DNA of 64,000 nucleotides from Psilocybe cubensis (Eukaryota): NCBI GenBank assembly GCA_017499595.2, contig CM039007.1, positions 2,418,001 to 2,482,000 of the forward strand, read 5' to 3'. Shown piece by piece: positions 38,685 to 51,682 of this stretch (position 1 is its first letter; each line of letters starts with the position of its first letter). The notes under the pieces were generated by a model. It saw only the letters and a program-made list of their open reading frames with translations, ran no database searches and was not told where the DNA came from. The position numbers and the translations under genes were made by a program.

Positions 38685-40530
38685 TATTGGTTGTTGGAGG
38701 CGTGGCGCATATGAGTGCGTTGCGGAGATGAATGCAGCGCAAGGCAAAGTAAAGCAAGGGAAAGGGAAAGGGAAAGTAAGTGTGAAGAAAAGAAAAGAGA
38801 AGAGTCGAGCAAGTCGAGGAATGAGAAAGCGAAGCAGCTCGGAAGCGTGATGTGATTTGTGATGCGATGAAGTGTGATGTGTGATGTGATGACCAAGTTG
38901 CTAAAATAGCTAATCCGAATCCGAGATGACTTGGCTCTTCGGCAAGTTACATGTCCATGTCCATGTCGGTTTCCCCATTCATCCTATATAGCTGTCTGTT
39001 CATCCCCGTATCCATCCATGCCGCCTCCGCAGTAACATACTGCGTCGCCTCTCTCTCTCTCCTTCTCTCTTTCTAAAGCCTGTACGTACGTACCTATCTA
39101 CTGCGCTCGCTTCCCATCCACGCGCTGAGATGCGAATTACGAATTAACCAAACCCTCAAGCCTCAAGCCTCAAGCTACCGCAGCTTCCGGAATCCGAGTC
39201 CCGCTCACGGGCTCACGGCTTTCGTTCACCTTGGCATTTGGCATCTCGCTATTCGATTCGCTATTCGCTAATTAAGCTGTGTAAGCGGACTTTTCGAGCC
39301 GCCCAAAACCCCAAATGCCCAACGTACCGCCCAACGCCCAAACGTATCATCCTCCATGCACCTCGCACTTTACATGCCGTTACGTTACTCCTCGATTCAA
39401 GACTTGAACTCTGAATCATAGGCTACCCAAAGTCCGAATCCGCGTCCGCGTTCGAGTCCTTCTCATGACATCGATCTAATGATATGTCATATCACGAGTT
39501 CGAGTTCGGAAGTTGGAAATATCTGAAATATCGGTAACGACGGCGCTTACTCTACCTCTAACCTCTACCTCTACCATTACACTCGTGACCCTTTAACCAC
39601 TTCCCTTTCCCTTCACTTGCCTCCCCTCCCCTTGCCTTCCCTCCCACTCCCATGCACCCAACCCCTTCCGCCCTTGCACGCGCTTACTAACACTCTTACA
39701 CTCTACACTCTACACTCTACACTCACACCCGCACACGCTCCCGCTCCCGCAGGCGCAGGCGCTTATCATACCATACACACGCAAGCACAGTACCTCACCT
39801 CACCCCGCGGCTAATCAGATTACTCACAACAATACAATACAATACAATAAACGACGAGCGCCAAATCATCAACACTGAACCGTTTTCTCACCCATGTCAT
39901 CCTATCATCCTGTCATCGATTATCATCTATATCATCTATGTCATTATACCACATCCGAGTCGGAGTTGGGTGTACCGTGTCATCGTGTTGGGGTTGGGTG
40001 TCATCGTATTATTCATATCTCATATCGGAGTCGGAGTGTCATCGTGTTATTATATCTCATATCGGAGTCGGAGTTGGTGTTATATCATAATCGGAGTTGG
40101 AGTTGGGGTGTCACAGATGGTCCATGGGGCAGACCATGAATCATGAATCATGACATGGTCTATTTGTGATTTTGCACGCTTTGACCTCGACCTTGACCTT
40201 GATCATGACCTTGACCTTGAGCTTAACCTTGCCCTTAACCTTAAGCTTAACCTTAAGCTTGAGCTTAACCTTGAAGCGTAAGCTTTTTATCCAGCTCCAT
40301 CTCCATCTCTATTTCCATCTCTATCTCTATTTCCAGCGCACCACCGTGACGTAGTACTGCGTATACGTATTATTAGCAGCCTGGAATAGACTTGAACAGA
40401 CTTTGAGAAGACCTTTAACAGACGTGAATAGATTTGAATAGACTTGAAGTTGAATAGACTTTATAGTTATACTGAGATTATAGATTGAAAATCAATTTCC
40501 ACACCTCACCTCACCTTCGCCTTCGCCTTG

Positions 40531-40588
40531 TGCATCTGCCTTATTTAATTTCATGCATCTGCCTTATTTAATTTCGTGCATCTGCCTT
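40531..40588. repeat. 23-nt tandem repeat, ~2.5 copies
   Basis: TGCATCTGCCTTATTTAATTTC(A/G) repeated. Confidence 0.85.
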
Positions 40589-40645
40589 CAAGCATTTGAC
40601 TTTGACGCAAAGGTACCACTGGCAGCACACCCACCAGTCTGGTGG

Positions 40646-40677
<32 letters not shown>

Positions 40678-41368
40678 AACAACAAAGTAAAGTCAAGGCT
40701 CTCCGCAAGCTCAACACCAAACACCAAAAAATCAACACACCAGCACGTACCATACTCAAATAAAAGGTACACGGCGGCCTGTTCATGTTCAGTCCCCGTT
40801 ATTCGCCGTTAGTCAATTAAAATTTAAAAGCACCATATGGTATAATATAATATGAGTAGAGAGTATATCAGAGTAAATGCAGAGAGTATATCAAAGTAAA
40901 TCCACCTTGAACGAATCTCAAAGCTCGAGCATGTTAAATCAGGCAATGTCCAATGTCCAATCCGAGTCCGAATATATTACCACTTCAACTTCAAGTAACG
41001 CGTCCGCGTCATCGGCAATGTCAGGCAGGCAAAGTAGCCGGAAATTGAAATTTGCATGCAGGTTGACTTTGACTTTGACTTTGAAATTGACTTTGAAATT
41101 GAAATTGAAATTGAAATTGAAATTGCAGGCTGAAGAATTTAAATTTCCCGTAATCGACCTTCAAGACTTCAAGACTTCAAGACTTCAAGACTTCAAGGGT
41201 TGGAAAGCCTATTATTAACTGCAAATTGACTCTGAACTATTCCTATTCCATCCCGTTGACTCCAGCCTTGTGATATTTCAAGAGTCAAGAGTCAAATCTC
41301 CTGCGCTTCAAGTTCAAGTTCTCTGGCGCGCTGTGCTGTGCTGTGTGCTGATCATGAAGCTGAAGTTG

Positions 41369-41404
<36 letters not shown>

Positions 41405-43328
41405 CAGTTTTTGAGTTTTTAAATTTCTAATTTTCGAGTTTTCGAGTTTTTGTTTTTGTGTTTTTGTGTTTTTGTGTTTCGAGTTCCAATTTTTGAGTTC
41501 CAGTTTCCAGTTTCCAGTTTCCATACCACCACCACCACCACCACCACCACCACCACCACCCTCCCCCCCTCCTCCTCCTCCTTCTCATCATCATCATCAT
41601 CGCCATGATTGTGTTCCTAGAAGTTCCTAGATCCACCATGACCCATCCCATTTCACCCCGCCAAGCTCAGCCGTGAGCCGCTAGCCGCAGCCATGTGGAT
41701 AGAGGATAAAAGTATAAAACGTTATAAAACGCCTGCGTCATTTGTACTTCCGTGGCGATCATGGTTCATGGTTTGTGATTCATAGTTTGCGGTTCATAGT
41801 TTGCGGTTCATGATTCATAGTTTGTGATTTGCTGTTCATGATTTGCGGTTTGCGGTCCATGATTTGCGGTTCATGATTTGCGGCAAGTTGTGATTTGCTG
41901 GTCGTGATTCATATTTCAACTCAAGAGTCGATTTGTGTCCCTCGTCCATTGACTGCGCAGAATCCCCGCAACGCGCCTCGTCGCAGAATGTATACGCGTT
42001 CTACAGCTGCGGTCGCCAAGTTAGTACGGCACGCGATGCGACCGCGCATAAATTATTCACATTGAAATATAACCACCATGCACGCACGTACCTGTGGGAT
42101 GGCGCATTGACGCCGTCAAAGGCCACTTGTCTCGACCTATTACCAGTGCCAGTGCCACACGTCGCCGTTATATGTGCTATACATATATAATACTGCGCAG
42201 CGCCTGCTTTATCCTGCAGGCGGACATATTAGGCTAGGTTAACGCTCAAGCTGGCTGCGCATGCAACGGCATCGACATCGACATCAGCGTAACATGCTAT
42301 CGACTGCGCCCACGGTCCACATGTCTGTCGCAAAACCCAAGTACAGGGTCGCTAGCCCTTCGACACCACAGCTTAAATTATTGTGCCGCGCTGGTAGTGC
42401 AATGTTCTTCGTACTTCTTCTTATAACATGGTGCGCGCTTAGACCAGTGTGATCCAACGAAAAAAGGGTTAAAGGTACGGTCTCCGTGCTTCTCTGCCTG
42501 CTTCTACTTGGAGATAACCACATAGCATACATAGCTGGCGCAGCGTGGGCTGTTTGCCTTCGTTCGAGCACGTCGTACCTGTGGAAAGCTCCATGGTGGT
42601 ATGTTATTGTTACCCGTGTATGTATCCTCCTTCTGTCAATGCGCCTGTCAGAGTTAGCATGAACACGCTATAATAAATAAGCCGTGATGACATACACACA
42701 TCCACTCTCGACACTCATAAGTTACAAGCTTTAAAAACAGAATAGCCTAGATGGCGGAGAACATATGTGTCGCCTAGTTTATGCTCAGCCATCCAGAGTA
42801 CCACCGTAAAGCGCTGGGCGAGCGAGGTCACGAGTCCACCTGCAGGCACATAACACATCTATAATCCATTCGAGTAGAGCGGATGCTTACTCGTAATCGT
42901 AATTGTGCCTGAAAGAGAATATCCGGATACTTCGTGGAAGTGATGACTTGCTTCTGGGCGCAAGCCGAACTGAGACGTTGGAGGGCATGAGGCATGAAGC
43001 ACCTATATAGCACAAAGTAGTGACCAAGGAGATAGTTGCTTGAGGTGAGAGATCCACACGTGCAGATGAATTGATAAGTTGAATCAATGAGGTCAAAGGA
43101 AACTTGGGCCCGCGCGTCGAAGGACTGATCAAAAATGCCTGGGAGTAGTGACGACGACGATGATGGTCAGGTAGGTGCAAGTGCGGCAGAGCTATCCTCG
43201 CCATGGTGGTATGTTCGAAGCGTCGAGTCGAAATTTCTAACCCCACTTACACCGATCCATGGATGGGCCGCGACACAGCTCGCCGAGTACTCGTGGTGCT
43301 GTGCGCACTGGATCAAGCGTCCAAAACG

Positions 43329-43411
43329 TTCGTATATGCTTTGATAGATTGCGAGTACACAGAGATTCGTATATGCTTTAACAGATTGCGAGTACACAGA
43401 AATTCGTATAT
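43329..43411. repeat. 37-nt tandem repeat, ~2.3 copies
   Basis: TTCGTATATGCTTT(G/A)A(T/C)AGATTGCGAGTACACAGA(G/A)A twice, plus a partial third copy. Confidence 0.85.
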
Positions 43412-44370
43412 CATTCATGAACAATGACAACAATGAACGTTCCATGCAGTGCAAGCGGGTATCTGTCACTTGAGTGCATACTACAGATGAATCTGTTTCC
43501 TATGCTGGGATCTCGTAGTAGCGCGTATATATTCGGAGGTGTTCTGAGTGCTGAACGATTGGGAAGGCTTTCCAAACACCTCTCTTGACTTTATGGGGAG
43601 ATACAACCTTTCTCAGGTAGGTGAGGATGAAGACAATGCATGGAAAGTGAGAGATGGTGTGAGTGTCAAAGGTAACCGGTAACATGGGTGGGCTGCAGTG
43701 TACAGAGGTGATGACTAAGAACGATTACTTTAATTCAATCTCAGCCTGAAAGTTCCAATTAATAGGCCCTTCGGCCGAAGGACTTGGGACAGCGTCTTCC
43801 CTCCTCCTCTCACCTGATTCAAATTCTGGCAAAGACCAACTTGTGCATGGCATGCTATGTGCACTCAATACTTGTTTTATGCTAATAAAAGCTTCTGGCT
43901 ATGCTCTAAGCATATGGAACATCCCCATTGAAGCGGACACTCACATCAGCAGCGGCATTTCAAGCATTGCAAGTCGCTCGTTTTAACGACATACCAGGGT
44001 CTTATGGCTATGTTCCGAAATCCAACCCCCATATTAGACATCTTAAGAACATGCTGTAAGTTTTGTCTCTAATCCGTCGATGTTGGTGAATAATTGCTGC
44101 TGCAGATCTAGAAGGGTACTAATGTACTACTTAGATTCTTCAAGTTTGGCAGGCTTTTCTAGCCACCGTTTAACGACTCCTGCTTGTGTCTGGTAATATC
44201 AGTATTCACAGATGTTTATCATTTTAGAGTTACGTGAACATGCATTGTCGATCAAAAGGCGATGTACTACTATTGTCAAAATACACCTGAACATCGTATC
44301 TGTGGTCCAAGTTGTAGACCGGGCTTTATAAGACGATGTCGTATGAAGACGATGACTCGGTGACTGCAAA

Positions 44371-46774
44371 ATGCGGCCTCCCATTACCAAAAACTCTCTA
44401 AAGCGCTCCAAATCTTCCGCTTCGCAGCAGTCCTCAAACAACGTAAGCATGCACTTTTTCAAAGAAGACGTGTATGTTAATTGATTATCGATCTATTGTT
44501 ATCCCGGTAGGGAGGGAGACTCTCATATTCGTCATTGTCAACAGATACGCATACGCAAAAATCAAGCCCAACAGTATGCGAAGGAGATAAATACTTATCA
44601 CTACCATCTCCCCAATCTCTAGCAGCGTCTTCTTCATCTTCGATACAACCCACATTCCAATTCCCTACACCCGAATTTCGAGGCCATCACAGAAGCCAAA
44701 GTAGCAAAGATCGGGACAACAAATTTTTTATATCGGCGTCTCCGTCTTTGTCTGATCTCCATATCGGAGTCCCGTACGATCTACCGGTGGGCAAAAATCT
44801 TTTCTATGATTTTGGGAGACGCTTTAACTTGCAAATAAGGATAACGTACCTTGGAAATGTGGGGACCGTTTCCACTACTCTATTCCCGAGCCGAAGGGTA
44901 ACAACTGGGAGACGGCCTACGCCTTAGCAAAAACGCATGACAATTCCATGTGCTCAGTTTGGAAAGAAGAGATAGATAAATTGTTGGTCTTTGTGAGCTC
45001 TGAGATTTTTATCACCTGGGGATGCACCTAATATCAAGTCGCATCGCCTCTTAGGGCGGCCTGTTTGCCGCGACTGTGGTGGCATTTCTAATAGTTTCAT
45101 ATCAACTTCTCCAGCCAACCCCAGATGACATCCAAAAAGCAACCACCAATATGATTGTCAATCTACTACGCCTATATGCGAACGGCACCTTGCTGGAAAA
45201 TGACATCCACTTCCCTGCCCCTCCAAATAACTTCAATCCTGCTCCATCTGTCTTACGGATGAACGTTTTATGGTTCCTAAGCATGACGTTGGCGTTAAGC
45301 GTTGTTCTAGTGGGAACCATATGCCTCCAGTGGATTCGCGAATTCCAGCGAGATCCTAGGGTGAATTCGCAAAGGGCATTCGCGATTCGACAAATGCGCA
45401 GGGACGGGCTCTACAAATGGAAAGTCCCATCAATCATATCCAGCCTTCCCATTCTCCTTCAGCTTTCCCTGTTCCTCTTCTTCTGGGGTCTGTTCGAGTT
45501 TCTATGGAGCTTGAACTCCAAAGTTACACTGATTAACTCGGCTGTGGTTGCTGTCGTTATCTTCTGTGTCATGGCTACCTTGTTTCTCCCGGCATTACAG
45601 GTAATTTTTGCCAGCAGTGACAAGATCGAAAAGCTGTGTCAATGTCCTTACAAATCCCCTCTCGCTTGGACCTTTGCCAAAGCTTTATTTTGGATTGCCT
45701 TGAAGGTGATTGACTGCATTCGATGGAGCATACGGAGCGATTTTCAAGGAAAGAAAAAAAAGCTGCTCACCGAACTCTGCAGCAAAGATTGCGAGGATTG
45801 GGACTCATTTGACAATCAATGGCAACATTGCAGATCACACTCATACCAACCTCGCTCAGACATTCACGCAAGCAACGAGAGCTGCGACATTGGCCATGGC
45901 TTCGCATGGATGGGGCAAAAGTATATGCATACGCAGGACACGACATACACCTTGTATCATATGATACGCAACGTCCACCGGTCGACCAGTACCACCGCTC
46001 TGAAGAGGCTCTTCGACAATAACGCGTCCTCCTCCTTTTTGGATTTAGCCTTGTCTGTAACTTCCCCTCAAGACGAGGACCTTTTGCACGACCTGTATAG
46101 CGCGCTACTGTTAAGTCATGTGGCAACCAGCAGCAAAGACCCGCACCAGCAAGAAGCATTGATTTTTCAGCGAACTGAGCTATTTATCCGAATTGCTAAT
46201 TTCGGTGCTGCTTCTACCACGCGCAGAATTCAGAGCTTTCCCGGAGACACGCCTCGAGAATTTGTTGAACGGTGCATTGGAGATAAGGAACTTGGCATAA
46301 ACCCATTCGTCGGGAACCCGGAATATTTGACCAAGCTTCCGATGGGTGAGTCAAACATACCACCCTCAAATATCAACAAGGACTGAGAATAATTTTTATT
46401 CCACAGTGCTGATGGTCCAGATTATCATAGCATTCAGAACCTACCTGACCGAGGGTTTGGAACTGCATGACGTACTATGGGATCTAAGCAAACAAATTGT
46501 GCTTCATCTTTTGAGCACGCCGGATCGACCATCTTTCAATATCTCGATGGAAGATGAACTTGATTTCTTCAATGTGAATCTCAGTCACCATTTGAGTCGG
46601 ATAAAGTTGGGATCAATACATTTCAGCGGTGCAAATGGTCAGCGCGACCAGCACGACCGTCAGCGCATACGGGAGTACGTTCGTGCGGTTAGAACATGCG
46701 ATCATATTGGTCCAAGATTTTCTGACACGTTACATTCTCTGAGTAAAGAGTTACAACATTCCGCACTGGCTTGA
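44371..46774 (+). CDS. DUF6535-type multi-pass membrane protein (family expanded in Agaricomycetes)
   Basis: Spliced HDNSMCSVWKEEIDKLLVF|GGLFAATVVAFLIVSYQLLQP...RMNVLWFLSMTLALSVVLVGTICLQWIREF...IISSLPILLQLSLFLFFWGL...CPYKSPLAW matches the pattern I recall for this family. The 5' exons (44371-44442, 44511-44786) are less certain. Confidence 0.8.
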
Positions 46775-49700
46775 CAGGGGTATTTATCCAGAAACACCTG
46801 GTTCTGATGTCCTGGGTGTCATTGTAATTTATACCATATACTATCTCTATTAAAACTTTTCACGTAGTGATTAGTTTTGTATTGAATTCAAATAAATTTA
46901 TCTCATAAATTAATTAATCTGCTTTTTTGTTTTAATTTAGAAAAAGAACCGGCTGAACATTACTTGAATCGTCACCTTTACCATGAATTAATTTGTTCGT
47001 ATATCTACAATTTTGTGCGGCACTTCATTGAGTTACCGATATGAATTAGCATCAATCACTCAAGGTCGTCTGATCTCAGTTTTGAATCCTCTTCATCGTT
47101 ATTCCAAGTTCGCGTGGCGACACCGCCATCATTCCTGGACAGGCATCCGAAAAGGGAAAGCGGTTTTCCAAAAACGGTAGTTCGTAATTCTCGTTCGTTC
47201 ATGTTGCAGCTCATGCTTATTGCATGGGAACAGAATTTCTGTACCCAATTAATGTCATGGAGGAGAGAGTAATGGGCACCATGCGTCCGGAGTTGTCATT
47301 GGTTTAGTTCATCCCATTTCTGTATATATCACTTAGCTGAGAGATGGCCTGCCATTACACCCTGGTGATCGAGTTTTGGAGATGTGAAAGCTCACGAAGA
47401 CTATCTAAGTGGTGGAACATTCCAAAGAAAGAGAGGGTCTTTGACCGAGAAACATATCGCTAGTGATTCTACAGGTGCTACAGGTTTAGATCTAGCATTG
47501 TACAGGAGTAACTCATAGTAATCTATTGGTAGCCTTAGATGTTCAAGCTATATAGCCCTGGTTACCGTGGAGAACCTCTGAACTTTACCTTTGTGCTGCG
47601 GTAGAGTTCTGATTCTTCTCTACCTGATTGCATGAACATAGAAATGTGCCCGACTAGCTTCTGGGTTCCATATTACCATCAAGATTCTCACTACATGACC
47701 AAAAAATCGGACAATGACTAACTTGAACAGGTCCTAGTGCAGTTCCAAGTCGATATTTAGACCTCCTCGGTCTTATAATGTTGGATGTTGGAACATGATA
47801 ATACCCAGAGCTCAATTTTGACTGTTAATAACCGACGCAAGAGTGGGGTAATACCTGTCAACGTCGCTCAGTTTTAACTGGGTCTCAAGAGGTAAAGCTT
47901 AAAGGCGCAGTTTTGACCCCATGCAGCTCCATCAGAGCCAACGGCCTTCCTTGACAAGTAAGTCCTAGTCTTCTACCACGGAGTTGACATTCTGACAGAT
48001 TATACTGACATTTTATTTCTTAAGTCTAGTGCGGAGAAAACACAAGGGACAAAACGTGATGAAAACGCCGCTCCCGAATTTCCAAATCACTGTTCATGGG
48101 GACATCTCATTCAGACGTGCCATTGCAAGTCAAATAAGCATCTCCGGTATCGTAAACGCGTTACTTATTTTAGACCGCCTTTCATATATGCTCAATTCCC
48201 TCCTTCATTGTGCTGTGACGATGCCCCCGTGCCTGGTTGTACCGATGCTAATAAAAGAATCCGATGTTTTCTCCTCGTTTGTGTTAGGATTCCCCGATGT
48301 CAAGACACTTTAAACTCTTGAAGAGCTTGTTTGCCTCGTGGTCGCGATTCGCTCGCGCGAATTTGCTAAGCGTCCGTCGTTCGTATGAACGGTCGACATA
48401 CCACGACTGCATTGCACGGCTGCGACTGTATACTGATCCCCGCGCTGCCGACAGACCATTTGGGAGAGCGCGTTCTATCCTGCTCCATTCCTGATCGGTG
48501 TTGAACGGATGTTGAGATGATTATACAAATATCCGATGAATTCTGGCCTCTTTTCAAGTTTCCCCGATGTCAGGAATGAAGCTGCCACGACTCTTTCGCG
48601 GCAACAGAAAATGCGGTGGGTCAGTCATTGCATAGTAGTATAGTATCAATAAGTCAACAAGAAGCTTAGCGATGACGTGCAGACGTGGAGCAGAATATAC
48701 CCTTGCAAAAACATTACACTGCATGATGTGTTATTAATCATGTATCACCACCCTCTTTCTTCCGGAGACCCTCAATCTGGAGATACAAAGACTAAGAAAG
48801 CGCAAAAATCCGCTCACAATCCCCATGCGCATCGGTAGATATGTTTTTTCGGCCCTTGGTGCCTCGAATTTCCAATGGACGAGCCAATTGATCATGAAGG
48901 ACAATAGTAGATGATATTATGCAGCTCTTTACTCGGTGTTGGGACAGACCACGGACCAAGCTTCATTCCGTCCTCCGGAGCGGACTTACGCAGGACCTTG
49001 GAAAGCCTGCAGATGTGATCAAAGTGTACCAAGCCTACCCCCATCGTACTGAATGGCACACTGGACAAGGCTTCAAACTCATCATGCGCAATGGGTCAGT
49101 GACGGTGATGAATCTCGACACATGTCTTTATGAGTTTAATCATTCTGTTTGACTCGACAGTGAACACTCCGGCGCTTTGACGGCGCCTCCGCTAGTTGCA
49201 TGCTCTGTAGGCAAAGTTCAAACCAAACAAGGACTCGAGTATACCATACATTACACTACAGTATTACTATGTGCCTGTAGATTCGTCTATTTTATCGTGG
49301 TCGCTATAGCGAACTCAAAACTAGTCTCAGAACACTATTACAGCTGTATATGGGTCTGTTGAACGTCAGAGGACTTATTTTCTCATAGGTCAAGTTAACT
49401 CTTGAACAAACTGATCGAAATGCGACGTGTCTCCTTCTACGTGATGATATGTATAGAAAGGAGACACATATGTCCCCCGAGCTGTCCTTAATATCAGTCT
49501 CAGCTACTAAAACGCAGAGGCCTTCATCGGCCAGTAATTAGCCCCTGATGAAGGAAGAGAAGTATGATGATCAACATCATCATGAGCGCTTGATTGATCC
49601 CAGTAGGCATAAGCTTCTGCCGGCCGAGGGTAAAAGTGGCAGGGTCGGATGCCCATCGCCAGCGTGTCCCTGATATCTCAAGAAGCTCACAATTGTAGGT

Positions 49701-51682
49701 CCATCACTCAACACTTGCCAACCGACTCCTTCACGCCTTAGACTTTTAGCCATTGTTTTTCCCTGCTATACCGCGTACCCCGTTAAAACACCACGCGGAT
49801 TGAATCATCATGATGTCAATTCTTACATAGCAGTTTAATTATAATAGGAAGTTCACGTCGGATGTCATGTCACCCCCAGCTTGGACGATAGAGGGAAGGC
49901 TCTGCAGAGAGATGCAAGACACTTTCCACGCTCCCCTGTGATTGACACCAGCCTCGTGTACGAAATCCTCGGCACTGGAGACACCTTGGTATACCCTACG
50001 TATGAACGAGATAGTACCTCAGCCTCGTGTCTTCCGCATGTTCTTGCAGCGGATCCTTGGTCCAGACTTCAGACTTCTAGCGACGAGATGGTCGAGCGCG
50101 CTATCGGACAAGTCGGTGCAGCAGCAGCACTATAACAGATAACACTGTCGCGAGAACTCATTCTAAAAGTAACACAATACACTTCTTGATGGCAAATGTG
50201 AACAATTGAAAGCTCGGCCTGAAATGCCCTCGCACGCTGATGTCACATATCAAAAACTGAGAGGCACAACAGGGTACAGGAAAAAAAGGAGGGAGAGATA
50301 GGGACAAGATATCGCAGATAGCGATAAATTTGTCGACCCTCCCGGGCAGCTGATTTTTTAGACGGAGGCGCACGAAGAAGTCTTCGATTTAATTTTTGAG
50401 CGCAGCAGATGCAGGTTGGCCGAAGTCATCGCAGCGACAGAAAGGCAGCTTAAAGTAGGCAACCCATATGGGATCGGCGGTGGTCACCCACACATGATAT
50501 GATATGATGCCATTGGAGGAGCGGGCAAATGCGTCTTGGCGAGCGCGATTTTTTGTCCTTTGGCGCGTTGAGTGCGCACATCCTTCACGACGAGGACGGA
50601 GGTGGGCCTTTTTTTCCCTTTTTCTACGTGGAAATCTAGGCCTTTTTTGTGCCCCCTTCGCAATTTTCCGCAATGTCGCGATGTGGACAGCTGTACCTGG
50701 TTCTCTTTTATGGGAGAAGACGAGTAGCGAGCTTTCATGGTCAAATTGGCGTGCGATAATACGCCGCGGCGGTGTGGGAGACTGGGAATCCATCGCATGC
50801 TAGAAATAGGTTCAATGTACAGGCTGCCAGAGATAGCCGTGTCATTTGGGGCCAACCCCATGATGATCAGAAGTAAATCCGTCGTGGAATGCAATGAAAT
50901 GAGCTTCCAGAATGCCAGCCTTGGCGAATGAGAGGGTACAACCTCAGTAGGTAGCATCTGTTCGGGCATTGCGCAAAATTTTCAAGAGGATATCTCCGTC
51001 ATGATAGATCATGCAGAACCGGATTTATGATTCATTTGCCTGGTTGGACACATGTTGGCATATGTCGAATTGGATCGAGTGTAAACTAGTGAGCTGATTG
51101 GAGCCCTTGAAGGGTGGACTAAAATTAGCGCTCGGAGGCCGTTGGAAACTCAACCACGAGGAAATTGCAAACGTCTTATCGAGCACATATGGGTCCGCAC
51201 TTAGCAGCCATAGCAATGTGCAGGTGGACCATGGCACGGAAGGCAAGGTTGATGTCAACAAGGCATAGAACAGCCACTGAGGACAATTAAAAAAATAGAG
51301 CAGTGCAATACCAACTAGACTGTCAGCTGACGATATAGGCTCAAGTACTAGCAAACGACAGGTAAGCTAGGGCAAATCTGTGCGGGTGCACATGGAAAGC
51401 ACTTTCCGTGAGATGAGAGAAAAGGCTGGGGCGGCAGCAAGCCAGCGATTCTAGAGTTGAGAGCGCCTGCAGTCAAGGGTCGTTAAGGAAGGGTGAGCGG
51501 TTGGCAGGGAGGTGAGTTGATCAGACCGGTCTACAGCCGACCCTGATCTATGGATGTTCGGATGAGGAAAATAAACCGGAGTCCTTCCCAAGACCCTTTT
51601 CTAAATATTCCATTTGAGAATGTCCGCTTCTTACCTTTTCTTTCCAAGGCTTTGAGACCCCTCTACTCTCCCTTTTTCCTCC

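Larger units (their letters stand above)
31200..42350. repeat. Microsatellite/low-complexity island
   Basis: Dense short tandem arrays in exons, introns and intergenic DNA: (GAGTTC)n, (GCCAGT)n, (CTCTCC)n, (CA)14 at 33015-33042, (CTA)n at ~40648, (GAAATT)n at ~41100, (TTCAAGAC)4 at ~41160, T36 at 41370-41405 and (ACC)12 at 41525-41560. Confidence 0.9.

Noticed and set aside
41285..41651. ORFs with poly-Lys, poly-Trp and poly-Met
   Set aside because: Translations of T36, (ACC)n and (CAT)n microsatellites, with no coding signal.
43329..43411. 37-nt repeat as a CRISPR array
   Set aside because: Only ~2.3 contiguous copies, no spacers, no cas genes, eukaryotic context.
46800..51600. Short ORFs upstream of the G-alpha gene (e.g. 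48919-49152, 49881-50142, 50484-50969)
   Set aside because: No recognisable motifs or consistent splice chain; cannot be supported by eye.
38700..51600. Pheromone (CaaX) or RiPP (MSDIN-type, KEX2-repeat) precursor genes
   Set aside because: No convincing short ORF with these signatures seen, and no STE3 receptor or processing enzyme in the window; very short spliced ORFs could have been missed.
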